The translations under genes and the position numbers were made by a program. From assembly GCA_963805855.1 (NCBI GenBank), contig CAWDVW010000002.1, forward strand, positions 416,001 through 480,000: a stretch of 64,000 bases of DNA, given 5' to 3'. Of this stretch, positions 39,250 through 49,316 are shown piece by piece. The notes beneath the pieces are model-generated. The model saw only the letters and a program-made list of their open reading frames with translations. It had not been told where the DNA came from and searched no databases. How positions within the stretch are numbered: position 1 is the first letter of the stretch; every line of letters starts with the position of its first letter. This DNA comes from Candidatus Dadabacteria bacterium (GTDB lineage Bacteria; Desulfobacterota_D; UBA1144; Nemesobacterales; CSP1-2).

Positions 39250-39957
39250 TCATATTTTTCTTACCAGGGAGCTCACGACCTTAAAGGAATTTTTCGCTAC
39301 AACAGGCATAAACCTGTTAAAATCCTTAGGCGCAGTCCCATCTGCTTTGTCCGAGATCGTCCTGACTACAAGAAAAGGAACTCTGTTCAGAGTGCAAACC
39401 ATTGCTACCGCTCCTCCTTCCATCTCAATTGCATCTCCTTTTAGATCTTCTGTAAGATATTTACGACGTTTAGTTTCCTTTTCAGTCATGAATTGATCAC
39501 CTGTTAAAATTCTTCCTTCCATAATCTTCTTACGACTCAGCCTGACCTCCGAAGCAATCGTTCTCAGTTTATCGTCTGCCGCGAAAACCCTATAATCTGT
39601 GTATGGTATAGTTCCGCGGGAAAAACCAAGGGCCTGGACATCCATATCGTGCTGAATACAATCTCAACTGATTACGACATCTCCGATCTCTAACTTCTCA
39701 TTTAAAGCACCGGCCACCCCAGAAAAGACGATAGCCTTCGGGTTATATTGATCAATCAACCGTTCACAAACCATTGCCGCAAAGACTTTACCTACTTCAG
39801 ATTTCACTATTACAACCCTTCTCCCCTGTAATCTGGCCTCATGGAAAGTAAAGCCGCTCCATTACTTTTGCTTAATACCTGCCGAGTGCTCTAAAAACTG
39901 ATCAATTTCAGCATCCATTGAACCAATTATGCCTATTATCTGACTTTTTCGAATCAT
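39250..39957 (-). pseudogene. mtnN: 5'-methylthioadenosine/S-adenosylhomocysteine nucleosidase pseudogene
   Basis: One frame from ATG 39957: IGIIGSMDAEI..K*W..KSEVGKV..FSGVAGAL..IGDVVIS*D..QHDMD..TGDQF..EMEGGA..RTISDKAD; TAA at 39862-39864 and TGA at 39664-39666. Confidence 0.88.
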
Positions 39958-40027
39958 CTCATTTTGTAAAGTAATCACTTGGATTTACAGGCTAAGGTCA
40001 ATATTAAGGGTTTATAAAATTGCCTGA

Positions 40028-41053
40028 CTACTTCTGTGGCTCGATTATGACCTTGATTGACTCTTTTGATTCAGCCACTAATTGAAAACCTATTCCGGTC
40101 TCCGCCAAGGGAAGCCTGTGAGTAACCATGTCTTTCACATTAACTCTTCCACTCCTTATAAAATCTATTGCCATTGCAAGATCATAAGGGGCCGCAGCGT
40201 ACGAGCTTGTTGTGGTAATTCCACTCCACCAAAGCTCATTGAAGGGTATCTCAATGGTTGTGCCAGGATCAGAGGGCGCAAAGAAAAGTATTGTGCCGCC
40301 CTGTTCAACCAAACCTAAGGATTGTTCGATAGCGGATTGAGCACCCGTACAAACTATTACGAGATCTGCAAGTCTTCCGTCGTTTTCATCGCGCAGTTTT
40401 GAACCTATTTCGTCATTTGCATTTATAATCGCATCCGCTCCAAAGCGCTTTGCGGCATCAAGCTTATAATCGTTGATATCCGTGGCAATAATCCTCCCCG
40501 CACCCTGGGCCTTCACAATCTGAAGATGTAGAAGGCCGGCTATACCGCATCCTATGATCAAAACACTGCTTCCTGAACGAAACCTCGCCAAACGCTGACC
40601 GCGTATAACGCAACCCAGAGGTTCAATAAAGGTACCTTCATCGAACGAAACGCTCTCAGGAAGTAAAAATACACCCCTATCGACATTTATCGCGGGAACC
40701 CTTATAAATTCAGAAAACCCACCGGGGTCGAAACTGGTCATTCTTAGAGTACTGCATGCTGAGTGATTACCCCTCAGGCAAAAATAGCACGTGTTACAGG
40801 GGACGTGATGGGTTGCCATTATCCTATCGCCCTCTTTGAAATGCTTCACCCCATCACCTACCTTTACGATGTCGCCGGAAACCTCATGACCGAGAACTAT
40901 AGGCGCCTTTGGAAGTCTATACCACTCCATTACATCGCTCCCGCAAACACCGCTGGCATGCACACGTAATAGTATCTCACCCGGCCCGATTTCTGGGACT
41001 GACACCTCCTCAATACGTATATCCTGATTGGTATAATACACCGCTACTCTCAT
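40028..41053 (-). CDS. Zinc-dependent alcohol/polyol dehydrogenase (sorbitol-DH-like)
   Basis: GVCGSD, LGHE, CNTCYFC......SAC, EPLGC, GCGIAG. Confidence 0.9.
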   Translation of the reverse strand: MRVAVYYTNQDIRIEEVSVPEIGPGEILLRVHASGVCGSDVMEWYRLPKAPIVLGHEVSGDIVKVGDGVKHFKEGDRIMATHHVPCNTCYFCLRGNHSACSTLRMTSFDPGGFSEFIRVPAINVDRGVFLLPESVSFDEGTFIEPLGCVIRGQRLARFRSGSSVLIIGCGIAGLLHLQIVKAQGAGRIIATDINDYKLDAAKRFGADAIINANDEIGSKLRDENDGRLADLVIVCTGAQSAIEQSLGLVEQGGTILFFAPSDPGTTIEIPFNELWWSGITTTSSYAAAPYDLAMAIDFIRSGRVNVKDMVTHRLPLAETGIGFQLVAESKESIKVIIEPQK

Positions 41054-41248
41054 GAAGGTTCCTTGTTTATGAGAACACCTGAATGAAAAATTTCATTGCG
41101 AACACTTAGATATCCCCACTTTAAAGGCTGATGAGCAATATCTTGAGGCCCAGGCAGGGTTGCTTCATTTTCCTTGCGATGACTCTCAGTTAGATAGAGG
41201 TCTAAAACTAATCGGTAAAATGGTTGAAGGTTGCTATTATTGCACACT

Positions 41249-42064
41249 CTATGCGCTGGCTAGCTTCTTACTTTCTTTCTCCTTAACATCCCTAAAAATA
41301 TCGTGCGCCTGTTTGGGTTTTAGGCCCTCATGAACTATTGAACGTATAGCCCTGATCATAGCCACCGGATGATCGTTTTGCCATATGTTTCTACCCATAT
41401 CTACACCAACAGCCCCCTGCTGTAGGGCATTGTAAGTCATATCGAGCACGTCCATCTCAGTTTCTAATTTTGGCCCACCAGCAATTACAATAGGAGCAGG
41501 ACAGCCAGAAGTGACTTTTTCAAAATCCTCACAGTAATAGGTTTTGACTATATGTGTGCCCAGCTCTGCGCAAATCCTGCAGCAAAGTGATAGAAATCGC
41601 GCATCTCTTTTCTCGAGTTCTTTGCCCACAGCAGTGATTCCCAAAACGGGGATTCCATACTCTTCGCCAGTGTTCACTAGCTCCGCAAGATTCAGTAGCG
41701 TTTGCCGTTCATGTTCAGTTCCAACAAATACCGAAATCCCGATTCCGGCAACATTAAGCCGTATCGCATCTTTAATTGAAGTTGTAATCCCCTCATCCGA
41801 AAGAGCAGGACCAATTATACTAACCCCCCCCGATACCCTTAAAACCACGTTTGTCGCCGACTTAGGATCAACAGACGTTCTCAATACACCCCTTGTTAAC
41901 ATAATCGTATCCGCGTAGGGCAATAATGGCTCAATCGTCTTTCTAGGCTCTTCTATCCGATGGGTCGGTCCTAAAAAGTAACCGTGATCTAGAGCAAGCA
42001 TAACAGTACGGCCGGTGTTAGGGTTGATGATTCTGGCCATTCGATTTTCCATACCCCAGTCCAT
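41249..42064 (-). CDS. lsrF: LsrF-family thiolase / class I aldolase
   Basis: MDWGMENR, TVMLALDHGYFLGP, VVLRVSGG, VKTYYC, IAGGPK, GVDMGRNIWQ. Confidence 0.9.
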   Translation of the reverse strand: MDWGMENRMARIINPNTGRTVMLALDHGYFLGPTHRIEEPRKTIEPLLPYADTIMLTRGVLRTSVDPKSATNVVLRVSGGVSIIGPALSDEGITTSIKDAIRLNVAGIGISVFVGTEHERQTLLNLAELVNTGEEYGIPVLGITAVGKELEKRDARFLSLCCRICAELGTHIVKTYYCEDFEKVTSGCPAPIVIAGGPKLETEMDVLDMTYNALQQGAVGVDMGRNIWQNDHPVAMIRAIRSIVHEGLKPKQAHDIFRDVKEKESKKLASA

Positions 42065-42293
42065 TTTCAGTCACCTCTCATCTGTTTTTTGAAAAAACTT
42101 TAAAATAAGGAGGTTCAAATGTCAACCTAAGCGATTTGCGACTAGGAGCACCGTACCATCATCACAGGAACGCCAGTACAGTGGAAATGCGAGTTCTCTC
42201 ATGCCGCAAAGTAGGGTTTTAAAAAGTCCACACTTCGACTCTGCTCTGTGAACGGAATATTCTAAGCCCGATACACGACAAACGAAACCGTGA

Positions 42294-42370
42294 TGCATCA
42301 TGGATCCTGCATCGTGAATCATGCATCTTGAATCATGGATCCTGCATCGTGAATCATGCATCATGAATCA
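42294..42370 (+). repeat. Heptamer tandem array TGVATCN x11
   Basis: tgcatca tggatcc tgcatcg tgaatca ...; overlaps the bioF stop. Confidence 0.8.
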
Positions 42371-43545
42371 TGCGACATGGAATCATAGGCAGCCTTAAAA
42401 GCGCTTAAGGCCTTTTCAATTTGCTCCTCAGTATGCGTCGCCATCAAGGTTGCTCTTATACGGCATTTACCCGGCGGCACGGACGGAGGCCGGACAGCAG
42501 GGGTATAAACCCCATTTTCTCTTAACCTTAGCGCAAAACCCAAGGCCGGTTCTGCTTCACCGATCAAAACTGGGACTACAGCTGAATAAGAAGGAAGTAC
42601 TTTGAGACCAATCTGTTCGAGTCCCAGCTTGAATTCCTTGATAACCCTCCAAAGGTATTCTCTTCGCTCCGGTTCATTCTCGATCATATCTATCGCCGCT
42701 AATGACGCGGCAAGGCAGCTCGCGGGTAGAGAGGTATCGAAAATGTAACTCCTAACCCTATTTCTTATAAAATCTATTAATCTGCTACTTCCGGCAATGT
42801 ATCCGCCAAGTGATCCGACCGCTTTAGACAGCGTACCCATGACTACCGGGACCCGGTCTTCTATTCCAAAGTGTTCCGTAGCACCACTTCCCCTGTTGCC
42901 CAGCACACCTGTGGCGTGCGCTTCATCGATCATGAGCATACATCCATTCTTCTCTGACATTTCCACTATTTCAGGTAGGGGGGCAAGATCCCCGTCCATA
43001 CTGAAAACGGTATCCGTAACTATAAGTTTTTTATTACACAAGTTTTTATCTGATTCAAGAATTGATTTTAAGTGCGCAATGTCACAGTGTTTATAAACCC
43101 TTATTTCCGCTTTAGAAAGCCTGCACCCGTCAATTATCGAAGCATGGTTCAGTTCATCACTGTATACAATGTCGCCCGGGCCAACTAGAGAAGAGATCGT
43201 CCCAACATTCGCAAGATATCCTGTGCTAAACAGAATTGCGGATTGGGTTTTTTTGAACTTGGCTATTCGTTCTTCAAGCTGCCTGTGCAGGTCTGTGCTT
43301 CCACTTACTAGGCGTGATCCGCCCGAGCCGGCTCCATATTTCTCTAAAGCTTCCATTGCAGCTTTTTTTACTTTAGGATCAACGCTGAGACCAAGGTAAC
43401 TGTTAGATGATAAGAGGATATAGACTTTTCCATCTATTTCGATCTCAGGGGATTGTCCAGTCTCGAGCTCAGTAAGTACTCGAAACAGGTCTTCGTCTCT
43501 TATGTTTTTTAACTCCTCTTCAATCCACAAAAGCGGGTTTTGCAT
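42361..43545 (-). CDS. bioF: 8-amino-7-oxononanoate synthase
   Basis: SNSYLGL, SGGSRL, DELNHASIIDG, FSMDGD, DEAHATG, TLSKA, RPPSVP. Confidence 0.93.
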   Translation of the reverse strand: MQNPLLWIEEELKNIRDEDLFRVLTELETGQSPEIEIDGKVYILLSSNSYLGLSVDPKVKKAAMEALEKYGAGSGGSRLVSGSTDLHRQLEERIAKFKKTQSAILFSTGYLANVGTISSLVGPGDIVYSDELNHASIIDGCRLSKAEIRVYKHCDIAHLKSILESDKNLCNKKLIVTDTVFSMDGDLAPLPEIVEMSEKNGCMLMIDEAHATGVLGNRGSGATEHFGIEDRVPVVMGTLSKAVGSLGGYIAGSSRLIDFIRNRVRSYIFDTSLPASCLAASLAAIDMIENEPERREYLWRVIKEFKLGLEQIGLKVLPSYSAVVPVLIGEAEPALGFALRLRENGVYTPAVRPPSVPPGKCRIRATLMATHTEEQIEKALSAFKAAYDSMSHDS

Positions 43546-43629
43546 GCCTATATTTTAATCGAACGATATATCAATGGTTAATAAATAACCACGTATGAAT
43601 TTAATAATCAATTTAAACGACAAAGAATT

Positions 43630-43688
43630 GTAGCGCCCGTTCCCCGAACGGGGATTATTGATGGACTGATGAGGGCATCAGTCCCTAC
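43630..43688. repeat. Inverted GTAG REP doublet
   Basis: gtagcgcccgttccccgaacggg ... ggactgatgagggcatcagtccctac. Confidence 0.6.
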
Positions 43689-43708
43689 ATTTTTTCTGCG
43701 GAAATAAC

Positions 43709-45064
43709 TTAGGTTTCAGTCGCCTCTTTAATCGCTTTGTATGTCACATTGAGTAGCTTTTTTAGGTGTTCAATATCTATCCCCAATGGGGGCATTAAGA
43801 CCACCACGTTTCCGAGCGGACGAATGAGAACCTCGTTTTGGATGGCAATCTCGGCGACCTTCCACCCCATTTTCTTTGAAAGCTCATACGGTTTTTTCGT
43901 CTCTTTATCTTCAACAAGCTCAATACCGGCCATAAGCCCCTTGTTTCTTACGTTCCCTACATGCTTTAGTCCCTCAAATTCCTTGAGCTCCTGCTCAAAG
44001 CATTCGATTTTTTCTTGCAGATACTCTAGGGTTTTATATTTCTTGAAAACTTCTAAATTCCCAAGAGAGGCGGCGCAGGATATTGGGTTTCCGGCATAGC
44101 TGTGTCCATGAAAAAATGTCTTAAATTCCTCATAATCACCCAAAAAGGCATCATATACCTTTTGATTTGTGATCGTTGCCGAGAGCGGAAGATAGCCTCC
44201 GGTCATACCCTTTCCCAGGACCATTATGTCAGGCGTAACTCCCTCATGCTGGCATGCAAACATCTCCCCGGTTCTGCCGAATCCGGTCGCTACCTCGTCA
44301 AGTATCATGAGGACATCATATCTGTCACAGTATTCCCTGATCATCTTCAGATAACCCTCTGGCGCAACGATCATGCCTCCAGCCGCCTGTACGTATGGTT
44401 CAAGAATTACGGCACAAACCTCATCGTGATGTGCCTTTAAAATGTTTTCGATCTCTTTCGCGCAAGCGATTTCACACGAAGGATACTCTTTCCCTAAAGG
44501 GCATCTATAACAATAATATGAAGGGGCTTTGTACGTTTCGAAAAGTAATGGCTTAAAGGTTGAGTGGAATAAATCTATTCCGCCAACCGACACCGCGCCG
44601 AGCGTATCTCCATGGTACCCATTCTCGAGGAACACAAACTTTGTCTTTTCTGGCTTACTATTATGCTGCCAGTATTGGAATGACATCTTAAGCGCCACTT
44701 CGACAGCGCTTGCTCCATCACCTGAATAAAAGACCCTTTTCAACCCCGGGGGACATATATCGATCAGTTCTTTGGCAAGTTCTACTGCTGGAGGATTTGT
44801 AGCCCCAAGTAATGTACTGTGGCTAAGTTTATCCACTTGCTCTTTTATTGCTCTATCTATTTCAGGAACTTTATGGCCGTGAATATTAACCCAAAGAGAC
44901 GATACGCCATCAATGTATTTCTTGCCCTCGGTATCGTAAAGATAAACCCCTTCTCCTCCCTCAATAACAATAGGATCGGTTTCCTCGTACTCCTTCATCT
45001 GTGTGAACGGGTGCCACAAAAACTCCCTGTCATACGCGCCCAATTTCTTCGTCTTATCAGCCAT
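43709..45064 (-). CDS. bioA: Adenosylmethionine-8-amino-7-oxononanoate aminotransferase
   Basis: LWHPFTQM, SSLW, VEVALK, YHGDT, DEVATGFGRTG, GKGMTGGYLP, HGHSY, IRPLG. Confidence 0.95.
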   Translation of the reverse strand: MADKTKKLGAYDREFLWHPFTQMKEYEETDPIVIEGGEGVYLYDTEGKKYIDGVSSLWVNIHGHKVPEIDRAIKEQVDKLSHSTLLGATNPPAVELAKELIDICPPGLKRVFYSGDGASAVEVALKMSFQYWQHNSKPEKTKFVFLENGYHGDTLGAVSVGGIDLFHSTFKPLLFETYKAPSYYCYRCPLGKEYPSCEIACAKEIENILKAHHDEVCAVILEPYVQAAGGMIVAPEGYLKMIREYCDRYDVLMILDEVATGFGRTGEMFACQHEGVTPDIMVLGKGMTGGYLPLSATITNQKVYDAFLGDYEEFKTFFHGHSYAGNPISCAASLGNLEVFKKYKTLEYLQEKIECFEQELKEFEGLKHVGNVRNKGLMAGIELVEDKETKKPYELSKKMGWKVAEIAIQNEVLIRPLGNVVVLMPPLGIDIEHLKKLLNVTYKAIKEATET

Positions 45065-45088
45065 AGTAATGACTCAGCGCAAAATTAA

Positions 45089-45188
45089 CCAGGATCCACG
45101 ATGCATGATGCACGATTCACGATGAACGAGAGGTCAATAATATCCTGGATCCTGCATCATGTGCATCCTGTACCATGCATCTTGCATC
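45089..45188. repeat. Two inverted heptamer (TGVATCN) arrays
   Basis: aggatcc acgatgc atgatgc acgattc ... tggatcc tgcatca .. tgcatcc .. tgcatct tgcatca. Confidence 0.7.
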
Positions 45189-45230
45189 AATTATGAGTGC
45201 GCTCTGTGGCTCAAGCAATAAAGCTTGGAG

Positions 45231-46220
45231 TTAATTGTTGATATCTTTTCTGACCGGGAGTTCCAGATCGTCCAGCATTCTTAGATCTTCTTCGGGAGAA
45301 CGACCGGGTGTCGTTAGGTAATTTCCAAGTATCATAGCATTCGCTCCTGCCATCAAACCCATAGCCTGTAAGTCCCGGAGGGTTACTTCTCTCCCCCCAG
45401 CCGTCATCAGAATCTTATCTGGAAGAATCAACCTGAAAATCGAGATAGTTTTAACAGCTTCTAAGGGATGTAGCATCTGACGATCAGCAAACGGGGTTCC
45501 AGGCCTTGGGTTTAAAAAGTTAATTGGAACCCATGTTGGATTTAGTTCTCGCAGTTCAAACGCAAGTTCCAGCCTCTGCTTCATTGACTCCCCCATACCA
45601 AGAATACCTCCACAGCAAAGGTGCATTCCCGTTTGTTTTACGAGTAAGGCCGTTTTCAGCCTATGATCATATGTATGTGTAGTACAGATATTCGGGAAAT
45701 AACTCCTGCAGGTTTCGAGATTGTGGTTGTATCTCCACACGCCATGATCCCTAAGGGTATATGCCTGTTCCTCCGTGAGATCGCCAAGAGAGCATCCGAC
45801 TTTGAGATTTGTTTCTCTCAACAAAAGATCCACTGCTTCCAAAACTTTACTAAATATTCTTGGTGTTGGCCCTCGAGAACTGATTACGATGCAAAAATCC
45901 ATCGCACCCATCTTTTCGGCCTGTTGAGCAGCCTTTAGTATCCTCTCAGCAGCCATCAGTGGATGCGCTTGAACCTCTGTATCGAAATGCGCTGATTGAG
46001 AGCAGAACGAACAGTCTTCAGGACAATTGCCGGTCTGTGCGCTTATGATGGAACGCAAGAACACTCCGTCACCCTTATATTTAAGAGTAACCTTTCTTGC
46101 TAATGAAATAAGGTCTGGCACTTCCGGTTTCGGAAGCTCAGTTAGCGTAACCGCCTCTTCGAATGTTATCGGTTCTTCTCTCTCTAATAGCTTTTCTCTT
46201 ACTATGTCTAATGTATTAAT
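45231..46220 (-). CDS. bioB: Biotin synthase (probable non-canonical ATT/ATA start)
   Basis: GNCPEDCSFCSQS, YNHNLET, CCGGILGMGE, VPINFL, AGGRE, GNYLTT; frame stays open about 35 codons upstream of GTG 46121. Confidence 0.93.
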   Translation of the reverse strand: MNTLDIVREKLLEREEPITFEEAVTLTELPKPEVPDLISLARKVTLKYKGDGVFLRSIISAQTGNCPEDCSFCSQSAHFDTEVQAHPLMAAERILKAAQQAEKMGAMDFCIVISSRGPTPRIFSKVLEAVDLLLRETNLKVGCSLGDLTEEQAYTLRDHGVWRYNHNLETCRSYFPNICTTHTYDHRLKTALLVKQTGMHLCCGGILGMGESMKQRLELAFELRELNPTWVPINFLNPRPGTPFADRQMLHPLEAVKTISIFRLILPDKILMTAGGREVTLRDLQAMGLMAGANAMILGNYLTTPGRSPEEDLRMLDDLELPVRKDINN

Positions 46221-46387
46221 TTCTATACCCCCCAGGAATCACAGGTTAATTCATTTAACTGAAAGCATAATTCTTGTCAACTTTAGGATGAATCCAACCC
46301 TATAAGTAAACTTCAAGCTGATTAAGCGGCGCCCGAAAAATTTTCTCTTAGTCTACCCTTAGAAAGATGAGCACGCTGCTCCGATAC

Positions 46388-47977
46388 TTATCTTAATGGA
46401 TCCACGAGGACACCGGGATTTAAAATTCCAGCCGGGTCGAGGACTCTCTTGGCTGATTCAAGAATGCGTCCGAAACCCTCGGGCCGTTGTTTCAGATACC
46501 ATTCTCTATGATAGCGACCAACCGCGTGATGATGAGTAATAGTTCCACCGAGTCTGAGGAAGGCTTCCGATATGGCCGACTTTATCTCCTGACCCATTTC
46601 CAACAGACTGCCCTTCTTTCCTGGAGCGGTTATCGAATAGTAAGGCGCAGGCCCGTCAGGATATGCATAGGTGAATCTGCACGAAACAAACCCGCCGCCA
46701 CAAACCCTTTCCATTACCCGTTTTGCTTCACTCATTACCGACTGATGAAATTCTGGAAATCGATCCCATGTTATTGCACTCTCATAAGTCTCCGTGATCA
46801 TACCCATCGCGATTAACGCCTCCCAGATATATGGCATTCTAATAAATGCCTCCCGCCATGCATTAACCATGCCAGACCGATCCTCTTCTCGCTCTGGGAT
46901 CGTACCGCCATGATCCTGGCAACATTCAAGGGCGCGTTTTATCCATGCGTCTAGGGTATGATCAGCGGACTCAAATCCAAGTACCATAACGGCGACAGAT
47001 CCGTCAGCAACTCCATTAAACCATGCCTCACCGGCGTCCAGAATTCTAATATTCGAGGGATAAAGCCCGGCCTGAGAAATTGCCCTTACCGCCTCTGAAG
47101 CCGAGAGAAAATCGGGGAATGTCAACGCTGCATTTTCACGGAATTTAGGTCGGTGCTGAAGACGCATCCAGGCAGATGTGATGACTCCCATGGCCCCCTC
47201 TGACCCGATGAAAAACCTATCCGGACTTGGCCCCGCCCCTGACCCAGGCAGTCGGCGTGTTTCAATAGTTCCGGTCGGGGTAATGATACGTAAGCTTTCG
47301 ACAAAGTCATCGATATGCGTGTAAAGAGTTGCAAAATGCCCGCCGGAGCGTGTTGCAATCCAGCCGCCGAGAGTAGAGTACTCGAAGGACTGCGGGAAAT
47401 GACGTAGTGTCAAACCATGGGGACGAACGCCATTCTCCAAGGCCGGTCCGTAGATGCCGGCCTGTATATTTGCTGCTCGAGATATACTGTCTACCTCTAG
47501 TACCTTGTCCAGCCCTTTCATATCGATTGTTACAACACCTTTATAAGCGTCTCCAACATCGGGTTCGGTACCCTTGACCACGCTCGAACCGCCCCCGTAT
47601 GGTATGGCTGCAATCCCCTCGGATGAACACCAGTCAAGTACATCAATAATGTCCTGTTCGGTCTCCGGAAACGCTACCAGGTCCGGAGCGATCGAAAAAT
47701 CCCTTTGATAGGCCCTCACTAAATCGGGAAATCCTTTACCATATGTGTGTGAAGCACGCTCGAATGGTTCAATTGAAAATATGGACGAAAGGCTGCGAGG
47801 CGGTTCTATTCTTGACCTTGGGAGATCAAGTTCTTCCAGCCGGGGAGGTGGCGTTACTTCCAGCCCGCTTAAAGAGAATTGTTCTTCCATCCTCTTAGCC
47901 AAATCGCTCTTCTCTTGAGGGCTGATATCGGCCTCCTCTATGCCCCATCCCCAGAATTTTCTATGCGTGTTAGCCAT
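46388..47977 (-). CDS. FAD-binding oxidoreductase, alkyl-dihydroxyacetonephosphate synthase-like
   Basis: KFWGWG, PYGGGSSV, RHFPQSFEYSTLGGWIATRSGG, GSEG..GVI, TITHHHAVG, DP.GILNPG. Confidence 0.85.
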   Translation of the reverse strand: MANTHRKFWGWGIEEADISPQEKSDLAKRMEEQFSLSGLEVTPPPRLEELDLPRSRIEPPRSLSSIFSIEPFERASHTYGKGFPDLVRAYQRDFSIAPDLVAFPETEQDIIDVLDWCSSEGIAAIPYGGGSSVVKGTEPDVGDAYKGVVTIDMKGLDKVLEVDSISRAANIQAGIYGPALENGVRPHGLTLRHFPQSFEYSTLGGWIATRSGGHFATLYTHIDDFVESLRIITPTGTIETRRLPGSGAGPSPDRFFIGSEGAMGVITSAWMRLQHRPKFRENAALTFPDFLSASEAVRAISQAGLYPSNIRILDAGEAWFNGVADGSVAVMVLGFESADHTLDAWIKRALECCQDHGGTIPEREEDRSGMVNAWREAFIRMPYIWEALIAMGMITETYESAITWDRFPEFHQSVMSEAKRVMERVCGGGFVSCRFTYAYPDGPAPYYSITAPGKKGSLLEMGQEIKSAISEAFLRLGGTITHHHAVGRYHREWYLKQRPEGFGRILESAKRVLDPAGILNPGVLVDPLR

Positions 47978-47994
47978 CGTATATTTCTGCCCTC

Positions 47995-49182
47995 CTAGTC
48001 AAAGTCAGCGTATATTTCGCCGAAGTTTATCGTAGAAATATAAGAACCCTCATATTTTTCCTTATTTGAAATTATTGATTTATGTAGCTCTTTACTGCTA
48101 GCACCATTCTGGACCGCAGTGTAAGCCTCTATGAAAGCCGCAAGATCATCCAGCGCTTTAATTAGCTCTCCATCTCTAGGATTAAAGTCATCCTGATTAT
48201 ATTTCACGCCTATCTCCTGGCTAGCAACCCTCCTTCTCCTTCCATTTACAGTCACAATATTCTCGAATTCATTTTCCGTAAACATCCTGATTTCCGAATG
48301 AAAACTCTTTGGAATTAATCCGTAAACCTCATTCTCCATCTGCTCCTTTTCGTATTCTTTTATCAGATCGCTCAAACCTTCTATTGATCTCTTCACCGGC
48401 GATATTATATCTCTCGTAAGAACCTCCGGAAGATCATGAAATAGTCCAGTGAAGTAATTATTGAAGCATCTCCTTTCACAAGCTCCTATCTTCAATGAAA
48501 ACAGGTAAGACAGTATCGCTACGAACAACGTATGTCCCAATACCGACGTCTTCGGTATCCTGTGAAGATGTGCCCACCTGGTTTGAAATCTCAGTTGTCC
48601 GCACAGGTCAATAAAATCTTTATAGCTTTTATGCTTTTTCAATTGCCCCATGCCTTTCAAATCGTGGTACCTCTCTTCTTTCAATTTCAAATCTTCTCTG
48701 ATCATGTCAATCTCATACCCGTTGGGGTCAGCGCGTTCTATTATGTCAAACTCCCACTTTGAAGCGTAAAAATGGGAGGCGTATAAGATCCTTCTATTTA
48801 TACCATCTGCAGTACCGGCAAAATAATCCCTGAATCTCCCGCAAAACTCCGAACCTAACGGTGCTATAAAAGGCTCAAGCTCCTTAAAAACCCAATCGTT
48901 TAGCAGCTTATACTTACTGGGATCTTCTTTTATTCTATAAAAAATAGGCGGTTTCAGGTCGGTCACTACAATACGTTGTAGAAGTTCGAATAACCCACCC
49001 TCAATTATGTCAATCCAATTGAAATCGGGGGTTCTCTCTTCAAACTTTCCGAGAAAATATGCGATTATCATTTTATGAGCCTGTTTGTCTAACTCTATGA
49101 ACTCTATAGGACGGAGATGGTCATTCCATCTGTGCATGTAGGCGGCATCAAATATCTTTAAAAGCAAGGCCTTCCTTATCAT
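47995..49182 (-). CDS. HD-domain protein (tandem YfbR-like phosphohydrolase)
   Basis: RWNDH..ELDKQAHK; QTRW...SVLGH...LFHDLPEVLTRDIISPVK. Confidence 0.85.
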   Translation of the reverse strand: MIRKALLLKIFDAAYMHRWNDHLRPIEFIELDKQAHKMIIAYFLGKFEERTPDFNWIDIIEGGLFELLQRIVVTDLKPPIFYRIKEDPSKYKLLNDWVFKELEPFIAPLGSEFCGRFRDYFAGTADGINRRILYASHFYASKWEFDIIERADPNGYEIDMIREDLKLKEERYHDLKGMGQLKKHKSYKDFIDLCGQLRFQTRWAHLHRIPKTSVLGHTLFVAILSYLFSLKIGACERRCFNNYFTGLFHDLPEVLTRDIISPVKRSIEGLSDLIKEYEKEQMENEVYGLIPKSFHSEIRMFTENEFENIVTVNGRRRRVASQEIGVKYNQDDFNPRDGELIKALDDLAAFIEAYTAVQNGASSKELHKSIISNKEKYEGSYISTINFGEIYADFD

Positions 49183-49316
49183 TTATCCTCATACTTATAC
49201 CACCGCTGGTATCGTTCAGTCAACCTTTTGAAAAATCTCTCTTCGTGATGATTTGTAACGATAGATAAGGTAATATTTGAATAACCAATCATATTTATCA
49301 GTCCTGGAGGAAAGAG

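Noticed and set aside
39664-39666. Selenocysteine recoding of the TGA in mtnN
   Set aside because: Not a catalytic Cys position, and an upstream TAA also breaks the frame
42122-42364. 80-aa ORF MMHDSRCRIHDS...
   Set aside because: Translation of the heptamer array; not a credible protein
46236-46320. BirA operator upstream of bioB
   Set aside because: No convincing TGTAAACC-N-GGTTTACA palindrome
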